Source: Lingula anatina (taxonomy: Eukaryota; Animalia; Brachiopoda). From it: a DNA stretch of 64,000 bases. Positions 50,996 to 63,792 of the stretch are shown one piece after another. How positions within the stretch are numbered: the first letter of the stretch is position 1; each line of letters opens with the position of its first letter. The translations under genes and the position numbers were made by a program. Below the pieces are notes generated by a model, which did not search any database, was not told the origin of the DNA, and was given only the letters and a program-made list of their open reading frames with translations. The stretch covers positions 25,300,848-25,364,847 of the forward strand of contig CM120643.1 of assembly GCA_051362555.1 (NCBI GenBank), written 5' to 3'.

Positions 50996-53661
50996 GTTTC
51001 ACTTCTAGCATGCACCAGATGTGGAACTCGGCCCAGTTTGCCAAGAATAATAAACGGCAAGGAGGCGTTCCCCCACTCCTGGCCATGGATGGCTTACATC
51101 GAGTTTGGACGTAGAAGTTCATGTGAAACGCTATGTGGAGGGAGCTTGATTACGAAGGACTGGATTCTTACAGCGGCCCATTGCTTATACACACCGTAAG
51201 TAGGAAGACTCCATGGCCATCAATCTTAAAGGACGCGTTTCTGCACAATTTGGATAGATGTGAGGACCGATTTATCTTATCTGATCGCGTCTATGAGAAG
51301 GCTTTTAGGTAGATCTTAGCGCGAAGTTTCATCGTTAACACTCCTTTTGAAGATTAAAAAAATTTCCTGATCAGCAGATCTAAGCGACGCGGTGACTTAA
51401 GTGTTTAGTTTATGAAGAAAAAACGCTTGGTCTGTACGCTAGAGAGATATTATTAAAATCGATAAGCTAGGGCTACAAATGTTGAATTGATATTTTCAGG
51501 AAATTAATATTATTGCTTTATTTAGGTCTAGCAGGCACAGTACTCATCTGATAGATTTAAACATACCTGAGGGCCTATTAAAGCATGTAGAGGACATCAG
51601 TCACACAATTCGTTCAATTTTGGACAGAGAGGATAGAAAAAATCGCACATTTCTAACGTTGACTTCACTAAATCCTAGGTGGAAATTTTTAATCTTCAAA
51701 AGGAGTGTTAACGATGAAATTTCGCGCTAAGATCTACCTAAAAGCCTTCTCATAGACGTGATCAGATAGGATAAATCGGTCCTCACGTCTATCCAAATTG
51801 TTGACTTCACTAAATCCTCGGTGGAAAATTTAACCATCGCCTTATCTTTCTTGGGGTAATTTCAGCCCAATTTCCAAATGCGTTTAATTAAATTTCAAAC
51901 TTTTAAAATCGTACTTCAGTCGTTCCTGTCCTGATCAGCGCCAGTGGCGAGCAGACGAGATCAGCGTGTCGCTTGGTGTCCACAGTCGGTCAAGCCGAGC
52001 CACAACCGCAGCAGTGGTCGAGAGGACAGTGAGCAAGGTTTACATCATCAACAGTTATAAAGCGGCCACTTTTGACAACGACGTGGCATTGTTAAAGCTT
52101 TCTGAACCTGTAAAAGACACCAATGAAATTAGTCCCATCTGCCCTGTTAGAGCAGACACGAATGTGGCCGAAGGAACGCTGTGCACAGTTACTGGCTGGG
52201 GCGTCTCGAGATTAGGTTAGTGTGGACAATTTGACGTTAGGACTACTTTTAGAGAAACAACGTAGGAGACCAATTTTGAGATTTTTGTGTATTTGTGTTG
52301 TGTATCACTCCAACTTACAGGTTTCTATGGTTCAAAGATGTTTTGATTTTTACCAGGATCCATACAACCAAGCGACGTTTTAATGGAAGCGTCAGTGAGA
52401 TATTCGTCTGCGGAAGCGTGTCGTGCCAGTTCTCAGTATCCCAGAGATGAAATTACGGACGATATGCTCTGCGCAGCCGAACCCGCAACAGACTCTTGTT
52501 TGGTAAGAAAAAAAACACGAAAATTAAATATAACACGGGCTTGTCATGATGTGGACCATGAGTTTACAGCCAGCATTCGTCTTAAGCTGTCTTTTGCTAT
52601 TTAATTATGTAACATTTAACGACTAAAGTAGAAACAATCCTTCATTTTATTCATGGTGTCATTTTCATTACATGATAATGGTAACGCATAGGGCTTTTCA
52701 AACAAGTGTGTCAATTTTCCTTGGCTGGAGCCAAGACAATATTAATGGGCTCGTTTCTACCCAGTAAACAAAGAACGTTGTTATAACGGTACCATAACGT
52801 TTTCTGTTATATAAACGTTATGGTAACGTTATAAAACGTTCTGTGTTTGCTGGGTTGAGGGTCCCGATACGGTTATCATTTCAATTTTTAAAAAAGGACA
52901 CGGTTTTTTTTTTGTTTGTTTGTTTGTTTTTTAGGGCGATTCAGGCGGACCCCTCATGTGCGCGTTCACAGTCAGTGGTGAGACGCAGTGGAAACAACTG
53001 GGGATCGTTAGTTTTGGCAGAGGGTGTGCTAGACCCTCTTTTCCCGGGGTCTACACTGACGTCAGAAAAATGGCTAACTGGATTTACAGAACTGTTGGTG
53101 AGTTTGAGAGAGAGAGAGAGACTAAGCCTATATCGTCTTCAATTCTCTTCTTTTAAGATTCACATGATAAGTGAATTTATAGAGTTTAGATCTAAATGTT
53201 AAATTTTTGTTAGGCATGGGTCACAGCACTTTTGAGGCCTATTCAGATTGATAAAAACATGGAATATTCGTTCAACAATAAAATTTCACCATTGTGAATA
53301 CAATTTTGTATTTTCTTTTTAACTTCTACCCAACAGTTCACAACTACGTTGTCGTTCGTTTGTCTTACCGGTACTTATGATAAGAAAATATTTTATGTAA
53401 TATTTTGCAGCCTTTGGGGCCTGTGGATCAATGGAAAGACTCGACTCGAAATATTATGTCAACGGCCCAAATATTGAGACCAAAACCGGCATCAGCGAGA
53501 GGGAATGTGAAGAGGCGTGCATAAATAACGCAGACTGTAAAGCGGCAACCTTTCGTCGACATACTTCATATTGTTGGCTTCACGCCCAACCCAGAGGGAC
53601 TGGAAGCAGCAGTGGTTGGGTGGCGTTCCGGAGGAGAGATGGCTGTCAAAATGAATCGTGA
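49700..53661 (+). CDS. Secreted trypsin-like (S1A) serine protease with C-terminal PAN/apple domain, copy 4, 369 aa
   Basis: Exons 49700-49766, 51009-51195, 51920-52215, 52357-52502, 52935-53097 and 53411-53661, all canonical GT-AG, summing to 1110 nt. Signal peptide, R|IING activation site, His/Asp/Ser triad (TAAHC, DNDVA, GDSGG), S1 Asp (DSC), and PAN pattern C...CEEAC...CKAATF...CWL...C. Confidence 0.9.
50108..50750 (+). repeat. ~323-bp near-identical tandem duplication containing decoy copies of the protease exon-2 start
   Basis: Units start at 50108 and 50431. Each holds CTAG|CATGCAACAGATGTGGAACTCGGCC followed by a G-run, a C-run and (AAGAT)n. Confidence 0.85.
51245..51827. repeat. ~120-bp inverted duplication with flanking 28-bp direct repeat
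   Basis: 51245-51366 is the reverse complement of 51681-51801. GTTGACTTCACTAAATCCT(A/C)GGTGGAAA at 51658 and 51800. Confidence 0.85.
52759..52855. mobile_element. Small palindromic MITE in an intron of protease copy 4
   Basis: ACCCAGTAAACA-AAGAACGTT ... AACGTTCTGTGTTTGCTGGGT; absent from the paralogous intron of copy 2. Confidence 0.65.
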
Positions 53662-54565
53662 AAGAAGAGTTTAAGAAGTGTTCACGAGTTAATTATGCAG
53701 TAGCATAGCTTTCATTGGGAATAATCCCTTACTGTCATTATAATTGTAGCAAAATATCCGCTGTATAATTTGAACTTTCATAATTGGTAAGGGTTTTCAC
53801 ATAACATAGGCATGTGAATGAGTAATAAATGAATTACACGTATACATTATTTGTTCAGAATATCTGAAGTTTATTCTTGAAGAGATTTTGAATGGTAACC
53901 ACATTTCTGTTCAGCACCCTCGTACAGCAAGAGAAAGTGCAGTTCTACAAAGTTGTGTATTTGGAGGCGATTTATATGTAGCGTAGATAAGATTGATATT
54001 ACTTTTTCTGCATTTCGACATATATGCATTTTACAGGTATTTGTGGCAGTTCAAAGGTCCTCTTTTAGCTTAACTAAAATTGCTTCTTTTGCGTGCAGTC
54101 ATGAAAAAGAACGAAGCAAGTCGTCCCTTTTCCTCTCTTTCGCAGCTTCCCACACTCTCCACTCGTCTTAGAATTGCCAACGAGTTTGTGAGTTGATTTG
54201 TTTTTAATATGAATATAAAAACTTCTATAATATTGATATACAAAAGCGTAAAAGTTCTGATGCCTGTCAACAGAAATGTATATATATTGCATAGATTTAA
54301 GTACATTTAGATTATGCCACTTACATTCACTGATATATGCATATAGTGAAAACATAGCCGAGAAAAACGTCGACTTTGATCATTTGAAGGAGCGGACGGC
54401 TTATGTAAACGCGTTAGTTTGACATGACATGTGTGAGTGTGCATATGTGTGTGTATAGTGTGTATAAGATACTACTCTAAAATAATGTCAGATTCATCGC
54501 TATTATCTTTTAAAGCGCTGTGGTGATCACCAAAATCAGGTGCCATTTCCCTTTTGCCCGCATGG

Positions 54566-54808
54566 CTACTCCCTCACCATGGATTGGCCCGTCTCTGCTC
54601 CCCCTGCCACTTCCTGCAAGGAGATTCAATAAAAGTCAGTCATTCCCATGAGTTTACCCAGCACAAACCATTGCTATGGAGCAGTTCATGGTCCTACATT
54701 TACATTTCACTCACACCTAGATGAATTTTTTTCGAACGGATTTCATTTCATTTGACCAGAACTGCATGTGTGTGTGTGTGTGTGTGAGTATATGTGTATG
54801 TCGATCTG

Positions 54809-54846
<38 letters not shown>

Positions 54847-54976
54847 CGTCTGCATGTCCATGTGAGGGTTTATGTATGTTTGTGTCTGTGTGTGTGTATG
54901 TGTGTGTGTCCATGTAAGGGTTTATGTATGTTTGTGTATGTGTTCGTGTGTATGTGAGTGTGTGCGTGTGTATGAC

Positions 54977-55016
<40 letters not shown>

Positions 55017-57126
55017 TACATGTCCATGTGAGGGTTTATGTATGTTTGTGTATGTGTGTGTGTGTCTGTGTGTGTGTGTGTGTGTACGCGTGTGTATTAG
55101 AGGAGGGGCTGATTGTCAGCATTTCAGTTCCATAAAAAACGCAGCCTGTCATTTTAAATCATTTTCCAAATAATTATTTATCATTAATTCCCTTTAACTA
55201 GCCAATCTGTAAAGCACTTATCTTTTTCATGTCACTTTTCCGTTTAAGCTTTTTAATTTATTTTACCTTTTCCATTATTATTGATTTCTCGTTGTTATTT
55301 TAAAAAAGTATAATTGGTCCTCTTATTTGTTTAAGGAAAGCACTCCAGTACCCACCTGTGCTTCCTGTACCAGGGCACACAGTCCGCAAAACCAGTGCAT
55401 CAAACAATCATTGACGAAATCTCCCTGTAAAAATTAGTTCAAATCCTAAATGTATTGCCTGAACGATGAAATAAATTTCAAAGAAACGTGTTCTTTAATC
55501 TTTTGTACATGAAACTGTATGACAGTAGAAACAGAACACGTTACTCAATATCAAAGGAAACAGTAGACTGAATGTCGATACCGGATTTCGTCATAATTCA
55601 AAACACAGAAGTACATGGGATCGGATCAATGAGAAAGCGCCAGTTAAATCCTATAATATACATGTGCAAAAAGGTTTGGAAAAATGCATGAAAACAAACC
55701 GATGTTAACGACACAAGACGGAAACAAAGTACAAAACAGTGTTAGCTAAAAACTATCGGCTTTGTTCGCTATCGACATTTTAACAGGGCAGCATGCTATT
55801 TAACATGCTATGTAAACATATATATTTCATGGGGGATTTGGGGAGGGTGGGGGTGTGATATGGTGGGAGTGGGGGGAGTTTCTACAACAGACCCATGCCC
55901 TGCCCTAAATTTCTAAGCTATCCATTTCTCCCTCGTCTCTCTTTTTCTTCTAAAATTAAATAAACCACCTGCGGTTCGTTAATTATCCCCCGTGTGGCGT
56001 ATGTATTATAGTATTATTGTCCTCATCTACACTTTTGTATTTTCCGAGAGGAGGGAGGCAAAAAAATGTGTGTATCCTAGTGCAACCCCCCCTCAAAAGA
56101 TCCCCCCTCCCTCCCTCCAAAAAATCCTGGATCCGACAATCAAGAAGCTGTACATGTATGTATCCATTCTCCCACTGTTGTCCTGCTATTCAGTCGTAAG
56201 CGCTCAATTATACACATGTAATGGCTCCTAGATACACAGGTAGCGAAAGACTAATCGATGTACCGCCATAAAAAGCTGCAAACTACATGTAAACTTGTGA
56301 TTTCAATGAGCTATTGACACAAGATAACCCCATCACCATGTTGGTATTTGCTGTGTCAATAACTAAATATTGCCACGCGCTGGGACAAAAGAGAGGGGTC
56401 TCCAAGCTAAAAACCTATAAAGAAAAAACGTTCATTGTCCGTAGCAAAGTCACGGTATGGGCTGGTTAGGCATATTCTTTTCAATATTAACCATATTAGA
56501 CGTACTAAAGACTTTATTTTGTCGCTGCGGTGTTAACGTAGGTTTTCTTAATGAAGCGAAATGTAGATATTTGACCAAGACTAATAAAAACGGGAAATAA
56601 GAAAGAGTTTTTCCTAAGTAATTAAATACTGTGTTTTTTTTTTTTCGGTATCGAGGTCTTTTGTTGCTAGGGGTTCTCTGTTGTTTATTGCTCAATAAAC
56701 GATATGTTACTCTAGTAATAAAGTGTGGAAATTTGACCAAGACTGGTAAAATATAATAAATAAATAAATAAATAACGAGCCAAACTAAATAACAAACGTT
56801 TTTGTCCTAGGTCAGTATGAACTGCGTTTTTTTTTCCTGCATCGATCTGTTACTTGGTAAGCGTTCTCTATTGTTTATAGGCCAATAAATAATACCGAAT
56901 AAATAAATAAATAATGCTCAACCCTAGGAACACTACCTACTCTACCATAATAGAATGGAGAATAATCAATCAGGGGGAGTTGTCACTACAATAATTCTTC
57001 TTGTGCGCTTCTCCACAGTTCAGGTTGTAAAGAGATTGATAGGATTTCAACTCAGGGGCGGATCCAGAGAGATTTTCGTTGGCCCATCCTCCACTGCCCT
57101 CCGCCCCCCGCACGCACTGACACACA

Positions 57127-57164
<38 letters not shown>

Positions 57165-59436
57165 TATATACATGTATACACTTTTAGACTTAATAACATG
57201 CAAATGTATTGAAAAGAAAGTAATCCTTGAAGTCATATGTCAAATGTATCCACCTTTTCCCACTAGCTGGTGCGTATGGGGTGCTTGGCCAAAAAGATGC
57301 AGGGCCAAACGTTCGACGGGAGGGCCGTGTGGGGGAACTCCCCCGAGAAAATTTTGTAAATATGTTGCAAAATGGTGATTTTTGGTAGCATTTCACCCAA
57401 AAAACTGAGGTATTTATCTAGTTCAGATAATCTGTTTTTAATGAATGAAAAAACGCTAGTAAATTAAAAAAGGGGGGGACTGCATATTCATTATAAATTA
57501 ATGATATTAATAGGAATGCTCTACGTTTAATCTTTTTTCATGTTATAAATACAAGAAAATTAAAAAAGAAACGTCGCTTTTATCATCACTGCTCTTTTCT
57601 TAATACGTTTATTTTAGGTCATATACCTATACCAGTCAGTCCCGAATAGTTTCTCTTTCAATTTCTCTTATACCGGCTTTTTTTCATAGAATTATTTAAC
57701 TTTTTAAGTCCTGAACTTCATGTTAATTTATTAGTAAGGACAAAGTTATTCATGTCATTTAATTGTAAATTCTAAAACAGTCACTGCCACTGCCATCACT
57801 GTCAAGTAGTAAGTCAAAGTCACTGGCACCTTGTTGTACGACGACCCAGGGCCCCGTAACTCGAAGGCAACGCACATTGCGAATAGCGATATCACATAGA
57901 GGTGATATTGTATTATATGCGGCGAGTATGGGCGAGTTGTGGAATCGAGACGCTTGCGCTCGGTCACAACGCGCGATGCTTTCGAGTTACGGGGCCTGCA
58001 AGGTCGGCTAAACATGGCCTTCCCAACAAAAATAATACGCGGAAATTCCTTTAACCAAGCTAGCTGAAAGGACTTCTGCCTTGAATGTTCATATTATTTA
58101 CTTCTTTTTCTTTCTTCTTTTTTTTTAGGCGGCGATAGATCTTTTTCACCTCCATTCCCACTGCTCGGGGCTGCGGTAGGTTTTAAGAAGCGAACTTGTT
58201 GTAAACAAAGCCGGTTTACTTGAAAAGCCGGCGCAAAAAATGTACCAGAAAAGACGCAGTGCTTGGGTTTCAAATTATAAATCTTTCGATTGAAATATCC
58301 TTTAAAAACAAAGAAATAAATTCTCAAGCCGCACAACACTAGACTTCGTGTAACGAATTAGGATCATGAACCATTTTATTAGGCTGTTCCCAAGCTTTTA
58401 TTACTCCTCTTATATTGGGGCACTTTTTTGCGTTATCTCTGGGGTTATCTGGTTGTTACGACCTTGTGTATTATTAATTTTGTTTTCTTGGATACCACAG
58501 TTTGCGGGTTGTAAATTCGACGAGATTCATTGCGATTAAATCTCTTAGTGCTGATATGTGTGTTGACACAGAACGTGATATTTTTAACGTTCACGTACCT
58601 GTCTCAACTATTTCTGTGGTCTTATATGGTAATCTTTCTGAGAAAACCGACCAAAAGCGGCGTCAATTACAACAAGTCCGTCTTGATGTTACCCGAGTAA
58701 GAATGAAAACCCCTCTCTCCAGTTTTCTGATATCAACCCTGACAGTCTTGGTCACAACTGATTTACCTGTTCAGGTGAAGGTGAACAGGTAATTACCTCG
58801 GACTTGATGATGACTTGTTAGCCTCTCTCGCCTCCCCCCCCCCCTCCCAGGGTCAATGTGAACAGGTGAAACAGTCACCAGGTAAATCAATTCTGTGGAT
58901 CTATCATAAATAAAAACTTTTCGATTATCAAAACTGAGATCCCATGAAACTGTTTTGACATTGTCATGATCGTTCACGGCTTTTTAACTGTAAAATCCCA
59001 TCATTAATATCCGTGCAAATATAATAACTGGTGGGAGTGGGGCTGCTTGCCTCTTTAACTATTAGTTTTTCCTTGGACATAATATGGTTTTTCAACTTCT
59101 TGAAACTTACATGAAGTATTTTGGCATCTATCGCTACGATGTTATCATCAAGATTTTAAGCACTTTAAAAAAACATGTTACAGATTGAAAATAAAAGTGA
59201 AAATGACTCCAACCGCCCCCTACCTCTATTCCTTGCTTTTCTCTGATCTTCTCTCTGATCTTAGCCCGAGTGTAAATCCCAACAGGACCGAGGATGCTGA
59301 GGCACCCATACAACCCGCAGGATTCTCCAACGGCTTCGGCATTTTTACCGGCTGTGAGACACGGCACGAAATACGTGACGATACAGATGCCAAAATTATT
59401 GAAACAGCCAAAAAGCTTTTGTTTCCACTCTGCCAT
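54566..59436 (-). CDS. PLAC8/cornifelin-family cysteine-rich protein, 109 aa
   Basis: Exons 59436-59224 ([26 protein letters not shown]...[15 protein letters not shown]), 55424-55356 ([23 protein letters not shown]) and 54613-54566 ([15 protein letters not shown]). Phase-0 GT-AG introns. PLAC8 hallmarks W...LFGCF, PC, IR...GI.G...DC, CAL.QE. Confidence 0.9.
54766..55095. repeat. Compound (GT)n microsatellite with repeated TGTCCATGT(G/A)AGGGTTTATGTATGTTTG unit
   Basis: GT runs interspersed with three copies of a ~28-bp unit. Confidence 0.9.
57850..57996. mobile_element. MITE
   Basis: TIR GGCCCCGTAACTCGAAGGCA / TGCTTTCGAGTTACGGGGCC. Confidence 0.65.
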
Positions 59437-59781
59437 GCTGACGAAGTTCTACAAATATTTTTTCTCTCAAATGTATGTAAGAAAATTACGGAGTGAATAC
59501 CAGAGACAGACTAGAGCACGTTCCTATATTGTTCTGTTTTCTTCTCCAGGGCAACCCTCCAAATGCCACAAAACAAGGTCACCAATTGATTAACGGCTAG
59601 TTACGATATTGACAAAAAATATACTCATAAACATTCACCTGGCATGGCCTTAGCTTTCATTGGGTTCAGAAGTGGAACTTGTGCAAACAAAAAAGTCTGT
59701 GTGAGAACGGCTTGTTTAAAGAGAAAACAAAACGCCCATTACCCTTTTCCCGTCTCTTCGTGTTGCTAGTATATACTAATA

Positions 59782-60000
59782 CCCCCTTTACACTGAACGG
59801 CGTCCTTTCTGCGTCCTTTCTGCGACCATGAAATTTGGCATCGCTGTGGTCTTAATAAGGGGGCACGAGCATTGATTTTGTATCAGAATGAATGCTCAAT
59901 AATCGGCCAGTTGTCGGGACGTAAAGTATTATAATTTTTTAACTCTCAAATGGGGCCGTACTGCTGGACGCAGAAAGGACGCCGTCCAGTGTAAAGGGGG
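59782..60000. mobile_element. MITE (Harbinger-like termini)
   Basis: CCCCCTTTACACTGAACGGCGTCCTTTCTGCGTCC / GGACGCAGAAAGGACGCCGTCCAGTGTAAAGGGGG. Confidence 0.75.
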
Positions 60001-61126
60001 CTTTACATGCCACGAAAAGTTGTTAAGAAAAGCGAGTAGACATAATTCAAATACATTTATTAAAGCTACTTGACGACAAGTCTTTAAACTTTTTTGCACG
60101 CTATAGACTACAAGCTGATACCCGTCACATCAATCATTGAACCATGATAAGGGATTAGTATAATAATAATTATAAAATAAATAAAAGAAAAAAAAATCGG
60201 GAATGAGAGGGAATCGCGCCCGCTCCGCCGTGTTTGGCAGCCAATGACGTTAGGTACCAATACATGTAGGTCACCAAATCCTGCTATCTCTTGAAGTTGT
60301 ATTGTGATACCTGCCACACATGCCGAAGCTGTACGGAAATTGCCGAAAGCTAGAAAATGTCTTCAAAATATGCTATTAACAGTTATAACTAATAATCAAA
60401 TTCAAACTACGGCCACCATCTTCCCACTGCCCTAAAGTATTGCTAACACCTGTCAGTTGTCAACAGATCGTTGTAGTTTGGGAGAAAAACGTGAAAAGGA
60501 GACTTCGGCAGGTCTGCTGTTACCATATAGATTAGTGCGGAGAGATTTTTGAGCAGGTAAAATGTGTAACATAAATGGCCTTTGGTGTGTAAAGGTTGTC
60601 ATAGTAGGGAGGACCTCCGAATAAAGAGCAAAACAACTTCAAATTCATGCAAGTGGATAACTATAATGCACGTTTTAAATATCTTCTTAACTTTTACCTA
60701 TTATAGGTTCTACCATTGTTACGATCACCGCAAGTCCACCGAACATAGACCATGCGTTAACTGTGCAATAACCTCAACGATTTTAACGATCAACGATTTA
60801 ACGATTTTAAAAATTAGTCAAAAGTCCAAGCTTGGCAAAAACATAGAGGCTACGGGGATCGTAAAACAACAGATTTCGCGCTGCCGACGCCTGCCTCCGC
60901 ACAAAACGACATTTACCGGCAGTACACGTGCACCACACGGACATCGCGTAATCCAATGTAATCTAGGCTTTAGTTTTCAATATCAAAAACTTACTGTAAA
61001 TACAATTTATCTTCATCAATACGCCTTCCCAAGTGACAGATGTTTTCATCGTCAGTTGTACTGTAACTGAAAAGAAGTCCATCCAGTTGTCAGTGGTTGG
61101 TATTTCTAGATTGAAATTTAAATATA

Positions 61127-61823
61127 CAGGGTTGCTACTTAATATGGAATATAATTTTTTGGTGAGTAAATTTTCTACAAAATATTTATTTTCTCTCTTA
61201 CTACTTTAAATCCAAAACTAAGGTGTCACTCCATGTGTAGCCAGGTGTGTTACCTAATTACCACACAACTCTCGAAACAATTGATGCATGCAGTTGCATG
61301 TTCTATGGTCAGAAATGTGAGGGGTGGTCTTTTCGGCAATTTCTGCCCTTGTATAAAAACGCATGGGTTTGGCCAATCTTTGGAGTGTATTTAGAGAAGC
61401 AACAAAGGGATCGCTCTGAAACTTGACATGTACCTTACAAAAGATATGGTTCGACAGCTAAGCAACGCAGCTTACTATGGGATTCTTACTATCAGAGAAA
61501 ATGGCCAGAAACGGACAGCCATTGCCAGGCAATGCAACATTTATCAGGAACCGTTAGTAAAGCCCTCCAAAGAAATGCTACAACAGGGGCACCTACTCCA
61601 ATACCTTGACCAGGGTGTCCGCTTATCACACCAAGAAGACAGGGTCGCCTTCTCCTTAGAGTGCGCCGTGCTGGTCGTACAGTGTCCTCAGAAGAGAGTG
61701 GCAGAATATCATTCAAACACCCGTTTCAATGTCCCTCGTGAACAAGAGATTACTGCAAGCCGGTTATTTTGCACGAAGACCAGTAGGGAAACCGCTGTTA
61801 ACAGCAGGTTATATATGACATGA
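61127..61823 (+). mobile_element. Tc1-like element 5' half (TIR, promoter, decayed HTH region)
   Basis: TA|CAGGGTTG start, TATAAAA near 61353, then broken frames MVRQLS...RTAIARQCNI and PGCPLITPRRQGRLLLRV resembling the Tc1 paired-like HTH and GRPR linker. Stops and frameshifts present. Confidence 0.6.
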
Positions 61824-62410
61824 AAGACATTTGTTGTGATATTTGACCAGTTTAATTATTAGTATTATTATTTATCTTATTATTATTATTATTATTATTT
61901 ATCTTTTTGCTGCCCAATACACAGCTAGTTTTGGCCGATATTCAGTCATAAAAGGAACGTTAACACAATGAAGCGAGTCTGTGTGCCAAAATACTGAAAA
62001 TTAAATTGTCTTTGAATTTTCTTACCTCAATGCATATGCGAATTATGTAAAAGGAGCACTGAATCTTAACAAATCAGCTGTAAAAAGCGGACATATATAA
62101 AGTCAACCCGTGCCATTTAATACATATATTTTAAATGACAGTACAGAAAAGCACAGAACATAAATGAGAGAAATATCTGTGAATATTTGGTTAAAAGTTA
62201 ACGTGTAGCCCTAGTAGAGGGTATAAGTGACTCCCATTTCGTAGTAACTCTCGCATGATTCTTTTCGCCTTGGAGTAATATTACAATTAACCTAAGTATC
62301 AAAAAGGCAAATATCAGTTTTGTTTTTCATTTGGACATATGTTAATTACGTTGATCGGTTCTTTACAGACAACAGTTTTAGCCCGGGTAAAATGAATAGC
62401 CCATCTTGAC

Positions 62411-63792
62411 CTAAACCGCCGCCTTCATTTTTCTCTCCTGGACAAACACGTAAAGTGGAAGACTGAACGACAGCAGTGCCACGCCCACCAACATGAGACT
62501 AAACTGAAATATTAATATGTGAAACGATATAGATTACATCCTTACATTTGAGAAATAACAATTGTCATAGGAGAAGTTACAACTATCAGAAAATGTTAGT
62601 TTACATCTTGGCTTGTATGTTTAAATGGGGGCCGTAGCAACAGTCCGAAGGTTCATTGGTCCGAATATTCACTATTGAACCTTCGGACCAATGAACCCTT
62701 GATTAAAAAATCGATGATAATGTTACCACTTTTCGGACCAATGAACCTTCGGACTATCGAGACGCCCCCGTTTAAATGTACATGGCCCAATATGTTCAAC
62801 ACTTTTTGAACAACAATGCTGCCTCTTGTACGATCACTGCCTCTAAGAAGATGTTTAAAATATATTTTAGTTTGTTTTGTATTTTAAATCAAACAAAAAT
62901 ATGAAATTATCTTATTTTCTATTTATTACTTATTCATTCATTCATTTCCTTGTTTTATCGGTATCTGTTAACTGATTTCATATTTTTAATTTCTGGCATA
63001 CTAGTACATTACCAACCTGGACACTGGTGTGAAAGACATGAAAGTCCGCTAGGAACCGTAGTCCGTTCTCCATTACATTATCAAGGTGACATTCGTGTCA
63101 TATGGTAACCCCAATACAACCACTACCCTGTACTAATCATATGGGACCCAGGACTTCCATTCCTCGGACTAGCATGTCTGTCACGCCGGAGGGCTAGTAT
63201 ATAGGGTAGTACTCACATAAAACGGATCGCCTTTCAGACCATCTTTTAGCCAGGTAAACATTGGGTATTGCAGCCCCGTCACCATCGTGGCGATCAGCCG
63301 CTGAATGCCAAACGCCTTTCCAAAATGTTCGTATGGAAATCTGAAATGAGAAACGGTGATGATGTAAAATAAAATGCTTGGATATTGAATTTCATTTTGT
63401 CGTTCACGCACGGTTTAGAAGATAAATTTGTATTGGCTTAATCTACCAATTCTTTATATTAAAAAATAGAGCACAGTCCAGAACGCACTACAAAGAATTG
63501 GGCCTTATTGGAGGTTCTGAAACTGCATTTCCTATAAACATCCACAAATATACTTAGGTATACATATAGGAAAGTCAACGTCCACGTCTTAGGCAATGTA
63601 TGTAGGTACACATTTATACTTACGCAAAGGCAATAAAAGCTATATGTGTGGCGTAGGTAAAAGTTCCAAGAATGCAGTGGAACGCCATGGCGGTAAACTG
63701 CATCTCCAGCACCGGTATCACGCAGGAGACCCATACAAGTAACCCTGCAGTGCTAGTTACTAGGAACGAGAACAGGAACGCTTTCGGCTCGG
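62411..63792 (-). CDS. SLC43A3: SLC43A3-like MFS transporter, last three exons (gene continues beyond the window)
   Basis: Exons 63792-63624, 63340-63217 (FPYEHFGKAFG...LQYPMFTWLKDGLKGDPFY) and 62503-62411 (FSLMLVGVALLSFSLPLYV...*), phase-consistent. FP.EHFGK.FG and DPFY match the SLC43 C-terminal helices; exact orthology unverified. Confidence 0.75.
62627..62769. mobile_element. MITE with 8-9-bp TSD (Mutator- or hAT-like)
   Basis: Arms AGTCCGAAGGTTCATTGGTCCGAA / TTCGGACCAATGAACCTTCGGACT, flanked by GTTTAAAT(G) on both sides. Confidence 0.75.

Noticed and set aside
37248-53661. One giant multi-protease polyprotein gene
   Set aside because: Each PAN exon ends in a stop followed by AATAAA, and separate signal-peptide exons exist at 40153 and 49700.
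60582-61070. 162-aa ORF
   Set aside because: Non-ATG start, no recognisable motif, and it includes short AACGATTTT repeats; likely a chance ORF.
45770-61823. The two Tc1 fragments as ends of one composite transposon
   Set aside because: The C-terminal piece lies upstream of the N-terminal piece on the same strand, and no matching TIR pair was found.
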